Below, piece after piece: positions 32,730-36,500 of a DNA stretch of 36,500 nt. Every line of letters starts with the position of its first letter. The stretch's first letter is position 1. The notes beneath the pieces were generated by a model, which did not search any database, was not told the DNA's origin, and was given only the letters and a program-made list of their open reading frames with translations. The stretch spans positions 1-36,500 of the forward strand of contig CAISYT010000059.1 of assembly GCA_903889785.1 (NCBI GenBank), given 5' to 3'. The DNA comes from an uncultured Caulobacterales bacterium (lineage in GTDB: Bacteria > Pseudomonadota > Alphaproteobacteria > Caulobacterales > Caulobacteraceae). The translations under genes were made by a program, and so were the position numbers.

Positions 32730-32924
32730 ATGTCTGAAGAGATCGATCCGCCAGCGCCCGCCAAGGTGCTTGCCCCCGCCGCCCAACGCGCGCTTGCCGA
32801 GGCTGCGGAGCGCCGCGCCGCCGCAGAAAAACTCGCCCTGCCGCCCGAAGACGGTGGCCCGATCGGGCCGGAACCGACCCGCTATGGCGATTGGGAACGC
32901 AAGGGAATCGCGGTCGACTTCTAG
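32730..32924 (+). CDS. DUF1674 family protein (SDHAF4-like)
   Basis: AAQRALAEAAERR...GGP.GPEPTRYGDWERKGIAVDF. Confidence 0.9.
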   Translation: MSEEIDPPAPAKVLAPAAQRALAEAAERRAAAEKLALPPEDGGPIGPEPTRYGDWERKGIAVDF

Positions 32925-33640
32925 CCTTCGGCCATCTCGGCAATGACCCTCAACGCCGCCTCGCGCGGGTCATTGGCTGCGGTGATAGGGCGGCCGCAGA
33001 CGATGTGGGTGGCCCCGGCGGCGATGGCGGCACCCGGCGTTGCGGCGCGGGCCTGGTCATTCTTGGCGGCCCAGAACGGCCGCGTCCCAGGGGTCACGAC
33101 CAAGAAGTCTGGTCGTCCGACAGCGCGGGCCAGATCGCGGGCCAGGGACGCCTCCTGCGGGCTGGAAACCACCCCGTCGACCCCGGCGGCCAGGGCCTGG
33201 CCGATCCGGCGTTCCACAAGATCTCGCGCACCAAACGCCGAGCCCATCTCGATAAGATCGGCATCCGTCAGGCTGGTCAGCACGGTCACGGCCAGAATCT
33301 TCAACGGCGAGTCCGCGCCGCGACCCTGCACGGCAGCGGCCATGACCTGTGGCTCGGCATGCACGGTCAACAGGTCGCAGTTCGAGCGGCCCAGCACGGC
33401 GGCGGCGCGGCGCACGGTCTCGCCGATATCGTGGAGTTTCCAGTCCAGGAATACCGATTTGCCCTGGGCCTTGAGCTCGCGCGCCAGGGTCATGCCATCG
33501 CTGGCCAGCAACTCCAGCCCCACCTTATAAAAACTGACCGCGTCGCCGATGGCGGCGACCATGGCGCGGGCGTCGTCAGCCGTGGGCAGGTCGAGCGGAA
33601 CAATCAGGCGAGGGTCTGTCTGGGGGGCTGCGTTGCTCAT
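32921..33640 (-). CDS. pyrF: Orotidine-5'-phosphate decarboxylase
   Basis: LIVPLD, YKVGLEL, FLDWKLHDIGETV, AVTVLTS, VTPGTRP, GRPIT. Confidence 0.97.
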   Translation of the reverse strand: MSNAAPQTDPRLIVPLDLPTADDARAMVAAIGDAVSFYKVGLELLASDGMTLARELKAQGKSVFLDWKLHDIGETVRRAAAVLGRSNCDLLTVHAEPQVMAAAVQGRGADSPLKILAVTVLTSLTDADLIEMGSAFGARDLVERRIGQALAAGVDGVVSSPQEASLARDLARAVGRPDFLVVTPGTRPFWAAKNDQARAATPGAAIAAGATHIVCGRPITAANDPREAALRVIAEMAEG

Positions 33641-33670
33641 GTCAGCCCCTTAGCTTACCGTGAGCCAAAT

Positions 33671-34471
33671 TCACAGTTGCCGGAACCGGTGGCCCTGGCT
33701 GGCGATCAAGGCCATCGTCCATTCATCTGGGATCAGTTTGGCGGCCAGGGCGATCAGCTTATTGGGGGTGCCGGGCACCGACACAGGCCGGTTCGCCTCG
33801 ACCGCCTCATAGCCCGCCGCCGCGACCTCGTCGGCCCCCAGCCACATCCAGGCTGGCAGGGCGCGGTTCATGCGCTCGCGCGTACCGTTGACGTCATGGA
33901 ATTCCGACAGGGTAAAGCCCGGGCACAAGGCGGTCACGTGCACACCGGTGTCGAGGTTTTCCAAATGCAGGCTCTGCGAGAAGCGGATCATCATCGCCTT
34001 TGATGCCGCATAGAGCGTGTGGCCCCCCGCCGGCGTGACCAAGCCTGCGAGCGAGGCAACATTAACGATCCGCCCAAAGCGCCGCTCGATCATCCCGGGC
34101 AGCAGTTTGTGCGCCAGTTCGCAGGGGGCCAGGACCATCACATTGAGAAAGGCCTGCTGGTCGGCCCAGCCGGTGCCGGCATAGGTCCCGGTCAGGCCAT
34201 AGCCGGCATTGTTAATCAGGGCATCGACGTTACGGCCTTGCCCGGCCAGGGCATCGATTATGATCTCAAGACCGTCGGCGTCGGCCAGATCCGCCGTGAC
34301 GGTCAGGGCCTCGACCCCGAAGCGGAGGGCAATTTCGGCGCTGAGCTTTTCCAGCCGATCGGTGCGCCGCGCGGTCAGGGCCACGTCGTAGCCTTGGCCG
34401 GCGTAGATTCGGGCAAAGGCGGCCCCAATCCCGGCAGAGGCGCCGGTGATCAGGGCGAGACGGCGAACCAT
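33671..34471 (-). CDS. SDR family oxidoreductase
   Basis: ITGASAGIG, NNAG, YAASK, LCPGFT.SEF. Confidence 0.93.
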   Translation of the reverse strand: MVRRLALITGASAGIGAAFARIYAGQGYDVALTARRTDRLEKLSAEIALRFGVEALTVTADLADADGLEIIIDALAGQGRNVDALINNAGYGLTGTYAGTGWADQQAFLNVMVLAPCELAHKLLPGMIERRFGRIVNVASLAGLVTPAGGHTLYAASKAMMIRFSQSLHLENLDTGVHVTALCPGFTLSEFHDVNGTRERMNRALPAWMWLGADEVAAAGYEAVEANRPVSVPGTPNKLIALAAKLIPDEWTMALIASQGHRFRQL

Positions 34472-34553
34472 GGCGGTCTCTTCACAAAAAACAGGGCGGG
34501 AGCCTCAGACAGCACGACCAAGCCGCCGGTTCAAGACGCTCGGAAAGCTAGAC

Positions 34554-34955
34554 CTAGTCCTTCAGCAGATCGTCGACCGAAATGGCCGATAGCCGCGCTG
34601 TGGCGGCCTCATACGCGGCGGCGATGGCGCGGCGCACCGTATCGGGGATCTTCGCCCCCACCGGGCATCCGTCGACGCCCTTGGGCGGCACGCCGAGCTT
34701 GGTGCGGCCATCAACCGCACGCAGCACCACGTCGAGCTGGAAGGTGTCTGGGGGCGAGTCAGCCGGGCCCCGTGTAGGGCCCACCAGGCCCGCCTTGCCG
34801 AGCATAGCGGTGACGCGTCGCACCACTACGGGGTTGGTCGGCATGGAAGCCGCCAATTCCTGGCTCGAGATTGCATACTTGGCGGCGAAAGCGTCCTTGT
34901 GCGCAAGATAGGCCAGGGCATGAACGGCGACAGGGAATTTCTGGCTGTCAGATAT
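34554..34955 (-). pseudogene. Rrf2-family transcriptional regulator, possibly degraded
   Basis: SDSQKFPVAVHALAYLA, SSQELAASMPTNPVVVRRV..L.KAGLV, LDVVLRAV, CPVG; the expected start reads ATA and the wing region looks disrupted. Confidence 0.6.
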
Positions 34956-35158
34956 CGGGTGAAGCGGATTCCTTCGCGATTGCACCGTTGATTTATGGGG
35001 CCGCCGAGGGTTTGCCGCAACGATTCACCCAAAGGCTGCATTGAACGGCAGGTTGAAAGGGTGTATCGCGCCCGCCGCACCTCTGTCCCGGGGCCCTAAT
35101 CCTCGGACGCATGGCCGCCCGCCAGCCCGTTTGGGCCCGTGCGCGCCGGAGATACTGA

Positions 35159-36500
35159 ATGGCGAATTCCGATACCCCGCCAGCACACGAGGCGCACGCC
35201 GCCTCGGCCGGCCATAGCGAGCCGGATCGTGGGCACGGGCAGCCGCGCGGTGCCCATTTCTGGAAACTCGCCCTCGGCTCTATCGGCGTGGTGTTTGGCG
35301 ATATTGGTACCAGCCCGCTCTATGCCTTGAGGGAATCTCTGGCCCATTCGCGCAGCGGTGTTGGCCAAGAAACGGCCGTGCTCGGCGTGGTCAGCTTGGT
35401 GCTGTGGACGCTGACGCTATTCGTCACCATCAAATACGTTATTTTCTTTATGCGGGCCGACAACAAGGGCGAGGGCGGCACACTTGCCCTGATGGCCCTG
35501 GCCCAGAAGGCGCTAGGCGGCCTGGGCGATGGTATCGGTCGCAAGCGCACAACAGCGGTGTTCTTCCTCGGTATCGTGGGAGCGGCGCTATTCTACGGCG
35601 ACGGCATCATCACACCGGCCATTTCGGTGCTTTCAGCCGTTGAAGGGGTGAAAGACGCCCCGCATGTGGGCAATATCCTAGGCCCCTATGTGGTGATCAT
35701 CTCAGCGGTGATCCTGATTGCTCTGTTCCTGGTGCAAGCCAAGGGCACGCACCGAATGGCTGCGCTGTTTGGGCCGGTAACCCTGGTCTGGTTTCTGACC
35801 TTGGGCGGGCTGGGCCTGATCCACATCCTGGACGACTCGCGTATCTTCCGCTCATTGTTGCCTTGGTACGGGATCAACTTCCTGCTGCAGGACGGTTTCC
35901 TGGGCTTCGTGATCCTAGGCAGCGTGTTCTTGTGTGTGACCGGTGCTGAGGCGCTCTATGCAGACATGGGCCATTTCGGAAAAGGCCCGATCAAGATTTC
36001 CTGGCTCTGCCTCGTGTTCCCTTGTCTGCTGGTCAACTATCTGGGCCAGGGTGCCCTGATCCTGCGCCACCCGCAGTCAGCCGGCAATCCGTTCTGGGAC
36101 ATGGTGCCGACGGCGGCCTATTGGCCGGTTCTGGTGCTGGCCACCATTGCAACCGTCATCGCCAGCCAGGCCGTGATCACGGGGGCCTTCTCCATGACCC
36201 AGCAAGCCGTGCAGCTGGGCCTTCTGCCCCGCATCGACATCCGCTTCACGTCAGAGACCCAGGCCGGACAGATCTACGTTCCGGCCGTGAACACCTTCCT
36301 GATGCTGGGTGTCCTGACACTGCTGTTCGTCTTCCAGAGTTCGCACAATCTGACCGCAGCCTATGGCGTGGCTGTGACCGGGGTCATGCTGTTCAACACC
36401 CTGATGGCCTATTCGGTCATCACCCGGAAATGGAACTGGCCGGTCTGGGCCACCCTGGCGGCCCTGATCCCCTTCGGCTTCATCGATACGGTGTTCCTGA
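35159..36500 (+). CDS. kup: Potassium transporter Kup (3' truncated by window)
   Basis: MANSD...LALGSIGVVFGDIGTSPLYAL, RADNKGEGG, YGDGIITPAISVLSAVEG, TGAEALYADMGHFG, IASQAVITGAFS; GGAG RBS at 35148; absent from the ORF track because no stop is reached. Confidence 0.96.
   Translation, partial: MANSDTPPAHEAHAASAGHSEPDRGHGQPRGAHFWKLALGSIGVVFGDIGTSPLYALRESLAHSRSGVGQETAVLGVVSLVLWTLTLFVTIKYVIFFMRADNKGEGGTLALMALAQKALGGLGDGIGRKRTTAVFFLGIVGAALFYGDGIITPAISVLSAVEGVKDAPHVGNILGPYVVIISAVILIALFLVQAKGTHRMAALFGPVTLVWFLTLGGLGLIHILDDSRIFRSLLPWYGINFLLQDGFLGFVILGSVFLCVTGAEALYADMGHFGKGPIKISWLCLVFPCLLVNYLGQGALILRHPQSAGNPFWDMVPTAAYWPVLVLATIATVIASQAVITGAFSMTQQAVQLGLLPRIDIRFTSETQAGQIYVPAVNTFLMLGVLTLLFVFQSSHNLTAAYGVAVTGVMLFNTLMAYSVITRKWNWPVWATLAALIPFGFIDTVFL

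Noticed and set aside
32891-34003. 370-aa plus-strand ORF
   Set aside because: Antisense shadow of pyrF and the SDR gene

Overview
GC-rich alphaproteobacterial chromosome segment. Gene order and protein features resemble Caulobacteraceae (inference). Most of it is core housekeeping DNA: atpA(partial)-atpG-atpD-atpC; a long minus-strand block rplU-rpmA-GNAT-obgE-proB-proA-nadD-rsfS-rlmH-envC-like-ctpA-yibQ-like-rppH-hydrolase; cysD-cysNC; rsmB-rpe-heparinase-like-purH; pyrF; an SDR; rrf2; and kup(partial). The variable part is about 16.2-22.6 kb. There mucR is flanked by two apparent deletion scars (a galE 5' stub plus an orphan 3' end; two back-to-back orphan 3' ends, one LysR-like). These are followed by a UDP-glucuronate epimerase, an LLM oxidoreductase and a PLP-enzyme pair (decarboxylase + threonine aldolase) that share an upstream motif. 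Non-coding elements: a clear ZTP (pfl) riboswitch with an SD-sequestering hairpin before purH, a candidate RpoH-driven sRNA at about 27040-27171, a REP-like palindrome between cysD and cysNC, and several terminators. The 554-aa GNAT-ObgE ORF is best explained by one extra G. I saw no CRISPR array, tRNA, rRNA, transposase or integrase. I cannot claim a clearly new system; the best candidates are the sRNA and the PLP gene pair.
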